Source: Candidatus Versatilivorator sp. (GTDB lineage: Bacteria > Acidobacteriota > Terriglobia > Versatilivoradales > Versatilivoraceae). From it: DNA of 64,000 nucleotides. Below, piece by piece: positions 9,288 through 19,851 of this stretch. Both the position numbers and the translations under genes were made by a program. The notes below the pieces were generated by a model that was not told the DNA's origin, did not search any database, and worked only from the letters and a program-made list of their open reading frames with translations. The DNA lies in the NCBI GenBank assembly GCA_965207735.1, contig OZ242296.1, positions 1,632,001-1,696,000 of the forward strand, in the 5' to 3' direction. Position 1 is the stretch's first letter; the number at the start of each line of letters is the position of its first letter.

Positions 9288-10361
9288 TCAGGACTCGGGG
9301 AGCCAGCGGCGAAAGTGCCGCAGCCAGTTGGCGTGGAAGATGTTGTCCAGGTCGGATTCGGAATATCCCCGTTCCAGCAGGATGGGCTCCAGTTTTTGCA
9401 GATCGGCGATGGTTTGAAAATCGGAAGGCATGTGGTTGAGTCCTCCCACGTCGCTTCCGATGGCGGAGTGGAGGCTGTTTCCCGCCAACTGGCAGACATG
9501 GTCGATGTGGTCGGCGACGGCCGCCAGGGTGACATTCTCCGGCGAAGATTTGCCGTGAACCCAACCGGGAACCAGCATCCAGGCGTCCAGGACCGAACCG
9601 ATCACCGCAGACCGGTCCAACAGCATCCCAATCTGGTGGTCGGATAACTGCCGGTCCCCGGGCACCAGAGCCCGGCAGTTGTTGTGGCTGGCGATCACCG
9701 GTCCCGGGAAATGGTCCAGGGCGTCGTAGAAGCTCTCCTCCGCCAGGTGGGAAACGTCCAGGGTCATACCGACCTCGGCTAATCGGGTCAGCAGTTCCCG
9801 CCCCCGTGGGGTGAGGGGCCCCTCGACGCCGGTGCCCGACGCGTACTGGCCGTGGCCGAAGTGGGTGAGCGAGACACTGCGAAGACCGTCCTCCCACCAG
9901 GACTCCAGCTGATCGGGTCCCAATACGGGATCGGCGCACTCCATGGAGACGATGATTCCCACGGGATGGCCGTCTCCGGTGTTCCTCTCCCATCGTCCCC
10001 ACATCCGCTCCAGGTCCTTCCCGGTACGTATCAGCCCGACCTCACCCATCTCCTCCAGCACGCGGTAGTAGGCCAACTGGCCCTGGGCATTGGCGCAGGC
10101 CATGGCCTGGGTGCCGAAGTCCAGATCGAGGCGGCTGACGGGCCTGGTCTCTCGGTTGACCCGCGCCGCCAGGGAGGACTGGCACACCGCTATCCTTCCC
10201 CGTCTCATGTCGGGCAGGCTGACGGCCCCCCGGCCCCGTTCCAGGGTATCCGTCATTCCCTGCTCGCGCCGGTTGCTCACCGCCGCGGGCTCGGTCATGT
10301 CCCGGTTGTGGGCCAAGGCGAACAGGGCCAGGTCCAGGTGCCCGTCAAAGATCGATCGCAT
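9288..10361 (-). CDS. membrane dipeptidase (M19 family)
   Basis: DGHLD, SMECAD, LDVSHL, ASHNNCRALV and IGSD motifs. Confidence 0.88.
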   Translation of the reverse strand: MRSIFDGHLDLALFALAHNRDMTEPAAVSNRREQGMTDTLERGRGAVSLPDMRRGRIAVCQSSLAARVNRETRPVSRLDLDFGTQAMACANAQGQLAYYRVLEEMGEVGLIRTGKDLERMWGRWERNTGDGHPVGIIVSMECADPVLGPDQLESWWEDGLRSVSLTHFGHGQYASGTGVEGPLTPRGRELLTRLAEVGMTLDVSHLAEESFYDALDHFPGPVIASHNNCRALVPGDRQLSDHQIGMLLDRSAVIGSVLDAWMLVPGWVHGKSSPENVTLAAVADHIDHVCQLAGNSLHSAIGSDVGGLNHMPSDFQTIADLQKLEPILLERGYSESDLDNIFHANWLRHFRRWLPES

Positions 10362-10569
10362 TGGGGAACTCCTCTGCCGGCGTTCGCCGATTGCGAGGCG
10401 TCCGGCTCCGCCGATTCGCCATGCGACCGGCGGCTTCCAGGCTCATGTCGGCGTCGGAGCGGCCAGACATTGGGATGGAAGGCTGCCTTGACGGCAGCCT
10501 GCGTGATTGAGGGGGAAAGTGTGGGATTGAAGTGGGGGAAAACCGGCGCCTGACAGCTCGCCCCCAGGG

Positions 10570-12051
10570 CTACTCGGCCTTTCGGGATTCCTGCTGCAGT
10601 TCCTCGGGAAAGCTGTCGCCGAGCGCCTGTCCGGTCGCCTCGGTTCCGGACGCATTCTCCAGGTATTGCTGGACATCGCTGCGGGCTTCCTCATCGGTGA
10701 CCGCCTTGGCGCTGAGCGAAATCCTGCGGTTGTCGAGGTCCATGCCCAGCATCTTCACCACAATCTCCTCCCCGGGCTGGTAGTTGGATACGGAGGCTCG
10801 CCCAGGTGTGTCCGGAAGCTCGGAAACGTGCACCAGGCCTTCCACCCCCTCGGCTACTTCCACAAACAATCCGAAGTCCGCCGTACGGGTCACAAGGCCC
10901 TGAAGAACGGCATCTACATGGGTGGTACGGGCAAAGGCCTCCCAGGGATGCTCGGTAACCTGCTTGAGGCTCATGGACATCTTCCGATTGGAAGGATCCA
11001 GCTTGGTAATCACGGCGTCGATGACGTCGTTGACCTTCAGAACCTGGTCCGCGTGGGACAATCGCCGGGTCCAGGAAATCTCGGAGATCGGCAACAACCC
11101 CTGGATTCCCGATTCGAGCTCAACGAATGCTCCAAAATGTTCCAGTTTCTTCACGGTTCCGACAATGACGGTGCCTTCCGGGTAGAGCTCGGCGGCATCG
11201 CGCCAGGGATCGTCCTCGGATTTGCGGAAACCCAGGGAGATCCGGCACCTCTCCTTGTCGTATTTGAGAACCGCAACCTCGATGTGGTCTCCGACCTTGA
11301 AGAGCTGGGAAGGGTGCTTGATTCGTCTCCAGGACATTTCGGAGATATGAAGCAGTCCCTCGACGCCTCCGATGTCCACGAAGGCCCCGTAATCGAGGAT
11401 CCTCCGAATGATGCCCGGCAGGCGCTGGCCGACGGCCAGGGTTGCCAGGGTCTCCTTGCGCTTTATGGCCCGGGCTTCATTGAGCAATGCCCGCCGCGAC
11501 AGGATCAGCTTGCCGTTGGGCAGGTCATGCTGCATGACCTTGAGAGTCAGCGTCTGTCCCAGGTAAGGCTTGAGATCCTCGACATAGGATTCGTCGACCT
11601 GGGAGGCTGGAATAAAGCCGCGCATGCCCACGTCTGCCAGCAATCCACCCTTGACGACCTCCACAACCCTGCCTTCCAGGTTCTTTCCGCTGTCGATGGA
11701 TTCCTGCAAGGCCGCCAGTTGCTTGGCTCTCAACGCTTTCCTGTAGGAAACCCTGAGCTGAATGTCGGAATCGCCCGAACCCTCCAGCATGACGGAAATG
11801 GAATCGCCCATTCCGAATAGCAATTTCCCATCAGGACCCTTGATCTCATCCTTCTGCAGGGTGGCTTCCGACCGGCCACCGGCGTCCACCAGGAGCTCGT
11901 TGTCGTAGACCCCCACGATCTTGCCTTCGACCACCTGGCCCGGTTTCAGCGGGGGGCGCGACTTTTCATATTTGGCAAGCAGAGTCGCGAAATCTTCCTC
12001 TTCTTCCTCTTCGACTTCGGTACTTACATCCGATTGATCTTTGTCTTCCAT
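10570..12051 (-). CDS. rpsA: 30S ribosomal protein S1-like protein (5 S1 domains)
   Basis: Repeated S1 motifs (GFIPASQV, YGAFVDIGGVEGLLHISEMSW, FGAFVELESGIQGLLPISEI, FGLFVEVAEGVEGLVHVSEL). May be a second S1 paralog. Confidence 0.8.
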   Translation of the reverse strand: MEDKDQSDVSTEVEEEEEEDFATLLAKYEKSRPPLKPGQVVEGKIVGVYDNELLVDAGGRSEATLQKDEIKGPDGKLLFGMGDSISVMLEGSGDSDIQLRVSYRKALRAKQLAALQESIDSGKNLEGRVVEVVKGGLLADVGMRGFIPASQVDESYVEDLKPYLGQTLTLKVMQHDLPNGKLILSRRALLNEARAIKRKETLATLAVGQRLPGIIRRILDYGAFVDIGGVEGLLHISEMSWRRIKHPSQLFKVGDHIEVAVLKYDKERCRISLGFRKSEDDPWRDAAELYPEGTVIVGTVKKLEHFGAFVELESGIQGLLPISEISWTRRLSHADQVLKVNDVIDAVITKLDPSNRKMSMSLKQVTEHPWEAFARTTHVDAVLQGLVTRTADFGLFVEVAEGVEGLVHVSELPDTPGRASVSNYQPGEEIVVKMLGMDLDNRRISLSAKAVTDEEARSDVQQYLENASGTEATGQALGDSFPEELQQESRKAE

Positions 12052-12293
12052 TAATAAAACTCCGGCAAATTGAGTATTTGGATGGGAATTATAGCAAATG
12101 CGGGCTGCTTTACCAGCGCAATCGGATCAGGGACATCCCCTCTGGCAAGGGCGTGGCGAACCCCAATCAGAGTCCTGATGGCATCGCCGATGGCCGCAAT
12201 TGATCCAAGGACCGGGGGGGGAGCAGGGTGAGGATTGGGGGAGCAAGGCTCGACAGGTTTCCCAAATTCCGCTCCCCCGGAAGGATTCAATGA

Positions 12294-12923
12294 CTATCCC
12301 GCCACGTACTTCTTGTATCGGCTCTCAATCCTTTCCCAATTGAGATTGGCAATGAAATTGTCGATGTACTTGACGCGGCCGGGTCCGTCCTTGTGATAGT
12401 AGGCGTGTTCGAACACGTCGCAGGAAATCAAGGGAATCCCGCCCCAGATGGCGCCGTACTGATGCTCGTCGACCAGCACGTTGATCAGGCGCTGTGAATA
12501 GAGGGCATCGTAGACCAGCAATCCCCAGCCGCTGAGCTTTGCGGCAAAGGCTGCCGCTTTGAAGTCGGCTTTCCAGTTGTCTACCGAACCGTACTCGGCG
12601 GCCAGCGCCTTGGAGAGTTCGGGAGCCTTGGAGGCATCGCCGTCTCCACCCATGACTTCCCAGTACACGTCATGGAGCAGGGCGCCGGCGTGGTTCCAGG
12701 TAAAGCGGCGCTTCAGCTCTCCGACCTGGCTGTAGTTGCCATTCGCCTTGGCCCGGTCCGCCGTCTCCAACTCCTTCTCGATGTTGTTCAGGAAAGTAAC
12801 ATACCCCTTGTGGTGGGTGTTGTAATGCCAGTTGCTCGTTTCGGGTGAGACCACATCCTTCAACAGTTCCGTGGCTTCCTCATCGGAATAAGGCCTCGGA
12901 TTGAACTTCCATTCGTAAACCAT
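12294..12923 (-). CDS. Fe/Mn superoxide dismutase
   Basis: HYNTHHKGYV, NHAGALLHDVYW, SGWG and DVFEHAYY metal ligands. Confidence 0.9.
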   Translation of the reverse strand: MVYEWKFNPRPYSDEEATELLKDVVSPETSNWHYNTHHKGYVTFLNNIEKELETADRAKANGNYSQVGELKRRFTWNHAGALLHDVYWEVMGGDGDASKAPELSKALAAEYGSVDNWKADFKAAAFAAKLSGWGLLVYDALYSQRLINVLVDEHQYGAIWGGIPLISCDVFEHAYYHKDGPGRVKYIDNFIANLNWERIESRYKKYVAG

Positions 12924-13078
12924 ACGGATTTCCTCCTTGGATAGCGAACCAGGGTGACGCGTAGACCGCCCCCTTCATGAGCCGGGCAATGGGCGCCGGC
13001 GATTCTTCTCGAAATCGTGCGGTAATCATAGTGAGATCGAAATCGTCCGTCAACCGCGGCCAGGGCGGTTTCCGAACC

Positions 13079-14077
13079 TCAATAAGCCCAGCGCAGCAGA
13101 GCCGTACCTACGGTGAATCCCGCACCCACCGAGGCCAGCAGGACCACATCCCCCTTGGCCAGCCTGTTGTCGGAAAGGGCGTCCCTGATGGCCAGGGGAA
13201 TGGTGGCCGCGGTGGTGTTTCCAAATTTCTGCAAGTTAAGAATCACCTGATCCTTGCGCAATCCGAGACGATCAGCCGTGCCCCGAATGATCCTGGCGTT
13301 GGCTTGATGGGGAATGAGAAGTCGGAGATCAGCGGGGGACAGATGGTTTCGTTCCAGCACGATCCGGCTGGCTTCCTCCATCTTTCGAGTGGCGAATTTG
13401 AAAACCGGCTGGCCTTCCTGCTTTACATAGTGCAAGCGCTGCTTGACCGTCTCACAACTGGGCGGCATCAAGCTCCCTCCGGCCGGCATGCACAAGCTGG
13501 GCCCGCCCGAACCGTCGATCTCGTGGTGGGCGTCGATGAAGGAATTCTCCGCCTGGACCGCCGGCTCCAGCAGGACCGCGCCGGCTCCATCGCCGAAGAG
13601 GACACAGGTGTTGCGGTCCTGGTAATCGATGATCCGGGACATGGCATCGGCCCCCACCACAACCACGCGGCGGTGCATTCCGGAGGCGACCAAGGCCAAC
13701 CCTGCCGAGATCGCATAGACGAAGCCGCAGCAAGCCGCCGAGAGATCGAACCCCCAGGTCCGAGAAAGCCCGAGCTTGTCCTGCACCAGGCAGGCGGTGG
13801 CCGGAAAATACATGTCCGGAGTCACGGTGGCGACGATCAGTACCTCGATCTCGCCGGGTTCCATCCCCGTCGAGTGGCAAAGCGCCTTGATTGCCTCCAC
13901 GGCCATGTCGGAAGTAGCCTTGCCGGGCTCGAGAATATGGCGGGTAACAATCCCGGTCCTTTGTCGGATCCACTCGTCCGAGGTATCCACCATCTTTTCG
14001 AGATCCTGATTGGTGAGGACCCGCTCGGGCACATGACAGCCGACACCGCTGATTTGGACGGGACAGGCGGGTCTCAT
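13079..14077 (-). CDS. fabH: beta-ketoacyl-ACP synthase III
   Basis: DTSDEWIRQRTGI, AACCGF, LFGDGAGA, PHQANARII and GNTTAATIP. Confidence 0.95.
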   Translation of the reverse strand: MRPACPVQISGVGCHVPERVLTNQDLEKMVDTSDEWIRQRTGIVTRHILEPGKATSDMAVEAIKALCHSTGMEPGEIEVLIVATVTPDMYFPATACLVQDKLGLSRTWGFDLSAACCGFVYAISAGLALVASGMHRRVVVVGADAMSRIIDYQDRNTCVLFGDGAGAVLLEPAVQAENSFIDAHHEIDGSGGPSLCMPAGGSLMPPSCETVKQRLHYVKQEGQPVFKFATRKMEEASRIVLERNHLSPADLRLLIPHQANARIIRGTADRLGLRKDQVILNLQKFGNTTAATIPLAIRDALSDNRLAKGDVVLLASVGAGFTVGTALLRWAY

Positions 14078-14284
14078 CGACGGGAACTCCTGAGGGGTTT
14101 ACTCGGCAACGGGCCCTTCCACCGCCGCCGAGGGGACGGACGTGGCCGCCTATCTTAGGCCAAGCCACCCCAAATGTAAATGTTCCGGGAAGCGATCCCC
14201 GGCGGCATTGACAGGAGCCGAACGGGTGTGTTAACTCTGGCGACTCGATTGAATATCGAGATGCGAAGGGGGTCGAGACCTGCA

Positions 14285-14659
14285 ATGGAAAAACTCTTCT
14301 CGGTTGCGGAGGCCAACGCTTTGCTTCCCCAACTCAGGCAGTTGCTGAGTCGGGTGCAGGCCGAGAAGCGGCGTCTGGTCGCCATGAAGTCCGCCGTGGA
14401 AGGGGCCCGGGAAGGCCATGTACGGGACTGGGGCACCCCTCAGGGTCCCGCCTATATCCGGATTCTGCAGAACTTCCAGGAGAGCGTTCACAATATTGAG
14501 GAACTGGGGGTCCTGGTCAAGGACTTCGATGCCGGCCTCTGCGATTTCCCCCACAAACGCGACGGCCGTGTCGTTTACCTCTGCTGGAAGCTGGACGAAA
14601 AAAAAGTAGCCTGGTGGCACGACCTCAATTCCGGATTCTCCGGCCGGCAGCCACTTTGA
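14285..14659 (+). CDS. DUF2203 family protein
   Basis: FSVAEANALLP...GVLVKD...GLCDFP...VYLCWKLDE...WWHD...GFSGRQPL. Confidence 0.88.
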   Translation: MEKLFSVAEANALLPQLRQLLSRVQAEKRRLVAMKSAVEGAREGHVRDWGTPQGPAYIRILQNFQESVHNIEELGVLVKDFDAGLCDFPHKRDGRVVYLCWKLDEKKVAWWHDLNSGFSGRQPL

Positions 14660-14666
14660 GCTAATT

Positions 14667-15641
14667 CTAGCCTGACTCCTCCCCTTCAAATCCAATCAGT
14701 TCCTGCTCCAGTTCCAGCTCGATCCGGAATTGCCTCAGCACTTCTTGCCGGGCCAGCCGAATCAGACCCAGCACGTCGGAAGCCCTGGCGCCTCCCAGGT
14801 TGATCACGATTCCGGCATGTTTGGGTGAGATCTGAGCCCGACCGAGCACCCTTCCCTTGAGACCCGCATCCTCGATGAGCTTTCCGGCGTAGTGCCCCGG
14901 AGGCCGCTTGAAGACGCTGCCGGCGGTAGGATATTGCCACGGCTGGCGCTGTCTCCGCCGGGCCAGGATATCCTCCCGAATGAGAAAGAGTTTTTCCTTG
15001 CAACCCGGGGGAAAGCGAAAGGTGGCGCCGGTAATGTAGGTTTCCCGAATAAGAAGTGCCCGGCGGTAGGAAAATGCCACTTCATCCTTTTGCAACACCT
15101 TGAAGCGACCCAGTCCATCCAGGCACTCGACCTCGACCAGGTGGTCGGATATCTCGGCTCCGAAGGCGCCCGCGTTCATTCTCAGCGCGCCCCCCAGAGA
15201 TCCTGGAATTCCTGAAAGACACTCCAGACCCGCCAATCCCCTTCTCAGGCAGGACTTGATGAACTCATCCAACACCAGACCGGCGCCCGCGCTTACCACT
15301 CCCTCCTTGAAGGCAAGGCGGTTGAACCCGCCGAGATGCACGGCCACTCCCGGGAAACCGCGATCGCTGACCAGCAGGTTGGCGCCGCCGCCCAGCACGA
15401 AACTGGGCAGGCTCTTTTCCACCAGATAGGCGTTCAGACGGAGTAGATCCTCCAGGTCGGCGGGAGAGGCCAGCAGTTGGGCTTCCCCGCCGATCCGGTA
15501 GGTGGTGCGTTCCCGCAGGGGGACCCCGGGCAACACTTCTCCCCTCAAGAGCTTGCCTAGTTCCTGCTGAATCCCGGCGACCACTCCAGTGCCTCCGAAT
15601 CGCAAAGCCTCCAAGCTATTCGGGCCGAATAGTCCTGTCAA
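14667..15641 (-). CDS. murB: UDP-N-acetylenolpyruvoylglucosamine reductase
   Basis: TTYRIGG, LGGGANLLVSD, GIPGSLGGALRMNAGA, AGSVFKRP and LELEQ. True start may be slightly downstream. Confidence 0.93.
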   Translation of the reverse strand: MTGLFGPNSLEALRFGGTGVVAGIQQELGKLLRGEVLPGVPLRERTTYRIGGEAQLLASPADLEDLLRLNAYLVEKSLPSFVLGGGANLLVSDRGFPGVAVHLGGFNRLAFKEGVVSAGAGLVLDEFIKSCLRRGLAGLECLSGIPGSLGGALRMNAGAFGAEISDHLVEVECLDGLGRFKVLQKDEVAFSYRRALLIRETYITGATFRFPPGCKEKLFLIREDILARRRQRQPWQYPTAGSVFKRPPGHYAGKLIEDAGLKGRVLGRAQISPKHAGIVINLGGARASDVLGLIRLARQEVLRQFRIELELEQELIGFEGEESG

Positions 15642-15764
15642 GTGTCCTCAGGGCTTGCTGGAAGCCAGCCCTTCCCCTCCCAAGATCGCACCTTGGCCGA
15701 AGTGCTATAATGCCTCGGCGGCCGCGAACCTTCAGTTCGCGGCTTGCCACGAGGAGACTATTCC

Positions 15765-16043
15765 ATGGCAGAACGATTGGTGCAGTGTGTGAAGCTGAAG
15801 CGGGAATTGCCCGGCCTTGACCATCCACCCTTCAGTGGAGACCTGGGAGAACGGATCTACCAGAACGTGTCTCAGGAAGCCTGGGCGGCATACCGCGAGC
15901 ATCTCAAGATGGTCATCAACGAGTACCGCCTCACCCTGGGCACCCAGGAGGCCAACGAGATGATCGAACGGCACACCGAAGATTATTTCTTTGGACCGGG
16001 CGCCTCTCTCCCTCCAGGTTACATTCCTCCCAAGACCCTGTAA
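15765..16043 (+). CDS. yggX: Fe(II)-trafficking / oxidative damage protection protein
   Basis: VQCVKLKRELPGL...PPF.G.LGERIYQNVSQEAW...MVINEYRL; GAGGAG RBS upstream. Confidence 0.9.
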   Translation: MAERLVQCVKLKRELPGLDHPPFSGDLGERIYQNVSQEAWAAYREHLKMVINEYRLTLGTQEANEMIERHTEDYFFGPGASLPPGYIPPKTL

Positions 16044-16050
16044 GAAGTCT

Positions 16051-17139
16051 TCAAGGCCGAATGCCGACCCGAAGGGCGCCACTGGCCACGGCGTGCTGAA
16101 AGGCCCGGCTGACCTGGGTGAGCGGAAACATCCGGGTGAGAAGCTCGGAGAAGGGGAACCGGGTGTGGTGTTGCTCGAGGAAGGCCATCGCCGCCGAGAG
16201 ATCTTGCGGGGCGTAGTTGTGAACACCCCGAATCTGCAGCCAGCCGCGCACCACCCGTTCCGGGTCCAGGGAAAGAGGAGCGCTGGGAAACACGGCTCCG
16301 ACCAGGACGTAGCGCCCTCCGGTCCGCAGTAAGGGCACGGCCGCCGCCATGGCGCTGGCAGCCCCCGACAGTTCCAGGGCCAGGTCCACCCCGCGTCCCC
16401 GGCTGAGCTCCTTCACCGTTCGGGCCAGGATCCCGGGTCCCTCTCCAACTGCTACGCAATGGCTGGCGCCGAAGCGTTCGGCCTGCTTGAGTCTGGCTTC
16501 GTCGACGTCGCAGACAATGATCCGGCTGGCGCCTTGCGATCGAGCCAGGGCGCAGGCCGTCAGGCCCAACATGCCGGCCCCCTGGATGAGCACGATCTCA
16601 CCGCCACAGCCTCCGCCGGCCCGCATGGCGGCCATGACCGTGGCCGTGGCGCAGTTGGCCGGGCAAGCCACCTCGTCGGGCAGACCCTCCGGAATCGAAA
16701 CCACCGCGGTACCGGCAATCAAATGGCACACCTCCGCCAGCCCCCCGTTGAAGAGGTGTTCAGGCTGAAGGCTCTCGTGTCCATACTTGAAAAGCCGTTC
16801 GCACTTCTGTGGAAGGGAATGCCGGCAGAAGAAACACTGCCCGCAACTGGCCGCAATCGACCAGGAGATGCGATCGCCCACTGTGACCGGCTTGCCGTCC
16901 AGGGTTCGCACCGGCGGCCCCGGGCCCACTTCGATGACCTCACCCAGAATTTCGTGGCCCAGGATGGTGGGCGTGGGGGTCTGGCGGCGGCCCTGATAGG
17001 TGTGGAGGTCGCTGCCGCAGATCGAGCTGCAACGCACCCGCGCCAGCAATTGCGAAGACCCGGGCCGAGGCAATGGGAAACTCTCCAGCCGGATGGGCTC
17101 TCCCGGTCCCGCAAACACGGCCGCGCGCGCCGTTTCCAT
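16051..17139 (-). CDS. Zn-dependent alcohol dehydrogenase, phosphonate-catabolism-associated clade
   Basis: ICGSDLHT, GHE, CGQCFFC...QKCERLFKYGH, PANCATAT, GAGMLG and GVHNY; directly downstream of phnY. Confidence 0.82.
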   Translation of the reverse strand: METARAAVFAGPGEPIRLESFPLPRPGSSQLLARVRCSSICGSDLHTYQGRRQTPTPTILGHEILGEVIEVGPGPPVRTLDGKPVTVGDRISWSIAASCGQCFFCRHSLPQKCERLFKYGHESLQPEHLFNGGLAEVCHLIAGTAVVSIPEGLPDEVACPANCATATVMAAMRAGGGCGGEIVLIQGAGMLGLTACALARSQGASRIIVCDVDEARLKQAERFGASHCVAVGEGPGILARTVKELSRGRGVDLALELSGAASAMAAAVPLLRTGGRYVLVGAVFPSAPLSLDPERVVRGWLQIRGVHNYAPQDLSAAMAFLEQHHTRFPFSELLTRMFPLTQVSRAFQHAVASGALRVGIRP

Positions 17140-17155
17140 CTTCGACTCCCCGCAA

Positions 17156-18598
17156 TTACCAGGGCAGCGAGAAGGTCTTGACCGTGGACATGAACCTCAT
17201 GGCCTCGATGACCCCTTCCTTGATCCCCAGCCCCGAATCCTTGACGCCGCCGAAGGGGGTGGACTCGATACGGTAGCCCGGCACCTGGTTGACGTTGACC
17301 GTCCCGGTGCGGATTCCCTTGACGGCCCGAATGGCCGCCTGGATATCCCGGGTGACCACTCCGGCGGAAAGCCCGTAAGCGGTGGCGTTGGCCAAGTCGA
17401 TCCCGTCCTCCAGATCGCGGATGGCCAGAATGGGCGCCAGCGGCCCGAAGGACTCCTTGACCACCATCTTGCAGGTTCTGGGCACGTCGGCCACCACCGT
17501 GGGTTCCATGAGAGCTCCCTTGCGGCGCCCGCCGCGGAGGACCCTGGCGCCGGCCTCCACCGCTTCCTCCACCCGCTGCTGAAGTCCGGTCGCCGCCGCC
17601 TCGTCGATCACGGTGCCGACACGGGTGGTCCACTGCTCGGGGTCGCCCGAGATGTACTCGCCGGTTTTCTCCACAAACAGCCGGGTGAAAGGCTCCAGCA
17701 CCCTGTCGTGAACCAGCAGCCGCTTGACGGCAGTACAGCGTTGCCCGGAATTGCGATAGCACCCTTCGGCCGCCAGGCCGGCGGCCAGTTCGAGATCGGC
17801 GTCTTCCAGAATCAACAGGGGCGAGTTGCCTCCCAGCTCCAGGCACAGCTTCTTGTAGCCGGCGATGGCAGCCAGGCGACGGCCGACTGCTCCACTCCCG
17901 GTAAAGGTCACGGCCTCGATGCGGTCATGCATAGCCAGGGGCTCGGCAAATTCCCCGACGGAACCCAGCAGCACACTCAGCATCGGCCCGGGAAGCCCGG
18001 CCTGGTAAAGCAATTCCGCGAATCGGATGGCGGCCAGCGGCGTCTTCTCCGACGGCTTCAGAATCAGGGGCGCCCCGGCGGCCACGGCGGGAGCGATCTT
18101 GTGCACCACCTGGTTCAGGGGATGATTGAAAGGCGCGATGGCCCCCACCAGGGGAACCGGCTCCCGCAGGGTGAAGATCTTCCGGGCCTTGCCGTGAGCA
18201 GAGACATCTCCCGAAAATACCTGGCCCTCGTCCTTGAGTGCCTCGACGGCGGCGCATTGCAGCACGTCCAGGGCCCGACCGACCTCGTAGGTGGTATCTC
18301 GCAGACACAGACCGGACTCTCGTGTCACCAGCAGGGCGAACTCCTCGGCTCGCTGCTGCAGGAGGGAACGGGCCTTCAACAGGACTTCATGCCGCTGGTA
18401 GCGGGTCAGCGAGCCTTTCCAGGCCAGCGCCTCCTCGCAAGCCCGGTCGAGGTGATCGCGCCCCGCCAGGGAGACCGTCCCCACCAGTGCTCCCGAAAAG
18501 GGATTGAAGACCTCCAGGGTGCTGTCGGTCCGGAGCGGCTGCCCTGCCAGATAGCCGGGAAGATCCAGCGTTTCCTCGCGGGACCGGCTGAGCTTCAT
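17156..18598 (-). CDS. phnY: phosphonoacetaldehyde dehydrogenase
   Basis: ALDH motifs PFNHPLNQV.HK, KPSEKTP, LELGGN, YRNSGQRCTAVKR and FGGVKDSGLG; ATGA overlap with phnA. Confidence 0.88.
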   Translation of the reverse strand: MKLSRSREETLDLPGYLAGQPLRTDSTLEVFNPFSGALVGTVSLAGRDHLDRACEEALAWKGSLTRYQRHEVLLKARSLLQQRAEEFALLVTRESGLCLRDTTYEVGRALDVLQCAAVEALKDEGQVFSGDVSAHGKARKIFTLREPVPLVGAIAPFNHPLNQVVHKIAPAVAAGAPLILKPSEKTPLAAIRFAELLYQAGLPGPMLSVLLGSVGEFAEPLAMHDRIEAVTFTGSGAVGRRLAAIAGYKKLCLELGGNSPLLILEDADLELAAGLAAEGCYRNSGQRCTAVKRLLVHDRVLEPFTRLFVEKTGEYISGDPEQWTTRVGTVIDEAAATGLQQRVEEAVEAGARVLRGGRRKGALMEPTVVADVPRTCKMVVKESFGPLAPILAIRDLEDGIDLANATAYGLSAGVVTRDIQAAIRAVKGIRTGTVNVNQVPGYRIESTPFGGVKDSGLGIKEGVIEAMRFMSTVKTFSLPW

Positions 18599-19839
18599 CG
18601 GGAACCTCCCTCGCAAAGACAGGCAAACAGGTCGAAATTTCTCGGGTCTTTGGCTCCCTCCGCGCGTGTACACGGTTCGGAAAGCAGCAGGGGCACCGTT
18701 TCCTCGAAGCGGCCGCCGTGGGACCTCAAGCCGCCCCTCAGGGGGCGCAGGTCGTGATACTCGGGCGTGCGGCCCATGACGACGTCCCGGTCCGAAAATA
18801 CCATCAGGTCTCCAATGCGGTCCGGTGGGAGCTCCAGCCGGGTGACCGCATCCGGGCGCCTGCACACCTCGGTCACACCCTGGCGTCGAGACAGCCATTG
18901 GACCACGCTCGCCTCGGACAATCCTTCAGCCAGGTGAACCGTCACCGCCGACCCCAAGGCTCCGTGGTGCACCACGTAGGGGTCGGTGATCGGACAGATC
19001 ACCGTCACGCCCCCGCCAAAACGCTCGCGCAGCTCGCTCTCCAGGTAGATCACGTTGGGCCGGCCGTCGGGCCTGGTCTTGTCATTCATTCCGTGATCGG
19101 CCGTGGCACCGAGGGTGGCGCCCAACTCCAGCAGCCGGCCCAACTGATGGTCGATGGCTTCATAGAAGTCCAGCGCCTGGGGAGCTGACGGTGGATAGCG
19201 GTGCTGCACGTAGTCGGTCAGCGACAGATACAGAAAGTCCGAACGGCCGCTCTCCAGCAGGGCCACGCCCGCCCGCAAGACGAACAGGCTGGCCTCGGCG
19301 CTGTAGATGTCGGGGCTACCCTCCCGGACCGACTCGGCCAGGCCTTCCAGGCCCGGAAGGCCCCGGATCTGATCGGCGGCCCGCTCCGACGAAAAGGCGA
19401 TACCCGAAAGTCCACGGGTCAACAAATCCCGCAGCTTCTCCTTGGCCGTCACCATGGCCACCTTCCTCCCCGATCGGGCGGCGGCTGCCAGGATGGTGTC
19501 GCACCGCAGGTAGCGGCCCGAGTTCATCATGACCTCCGCGCCGCTCCCCGGGTCGAGAAAGAAGTTGCCGGAAATGCCGGTGGCGGAAGGCGGAACACCG
19601 GTGACAATGCAGGCGTTGTTGACGTTGGTGTAGGTGGGAAGTGCGGCCCGCGCCAGCCCGCGGTAGCCGCCGGCAGCCATTCGGGCCAGGTGGGGCATGC
19701 GGTCCCGGGCGAGCGCCACCGTCAGGTAGTCGTCCTCGCAGCCATCCATGCAGATCGCTACCACCGGCTTGGCCGGCGGCCGGTATCGGCGGCCGTTGAC
19801 GGAGAAGGGCGAGGTGGAAATCGTTGGTTTCATGGTCAT
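18595..19839 (-). CDS. phnA: phosphonoacetate hydrolase
   Basis: VNGRRY, ICMDGC, PTYTNVNN (Thr nucleophile), TAKEKLR, TADHGMN, ITDPYVVHHGALGS and RSHGG. Confidence 0.92.
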   Translation of the reverse strand: MTMKPTISTSPFSVNGRRYRPPAKPVVAICMDGCEDDYLTVALARDRMPHLARMAAGGYRGLARAALPTYTNVNNACIVTGVPPSATGISGNFFLDPGSGAEVMMNSGRYLRCDTILAAAARSGRKVAMVTAKEKLRDLLTRGLSGIAFSSERAADQIRGLPGLEGLAESVREGSPDIYSAEASLFVLRAGVALLESGRSDFLYLSLTDYVQHRYPPSAPQALDFYEAIDHQLGRLLELGATLGATADHGMNDKTRPDGRPNVIYLESELRERFGGGVTVICPITDPYVVHHGALGSAVTVHLAEGLSEASVVQWLSRRQGVTEVCRRPDAVTRLELPPDRIGDLMVFSDRDVVMGRTPEYHDLRPLRGGLRSHGGRFEETVPLLLSEPCTRAEGAKDPRNFDLFACLCEGGSR

Positions 19840-19851
19840 GAAAATCGCTGG

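Noticed and set aside
12052-12293. Structured RNA or terminator between SOD and the S1 gene
   Set aside because: Only a loose GGGGGAGC...GCTCCCCC pairing is visible, without a U-tract or known motif.
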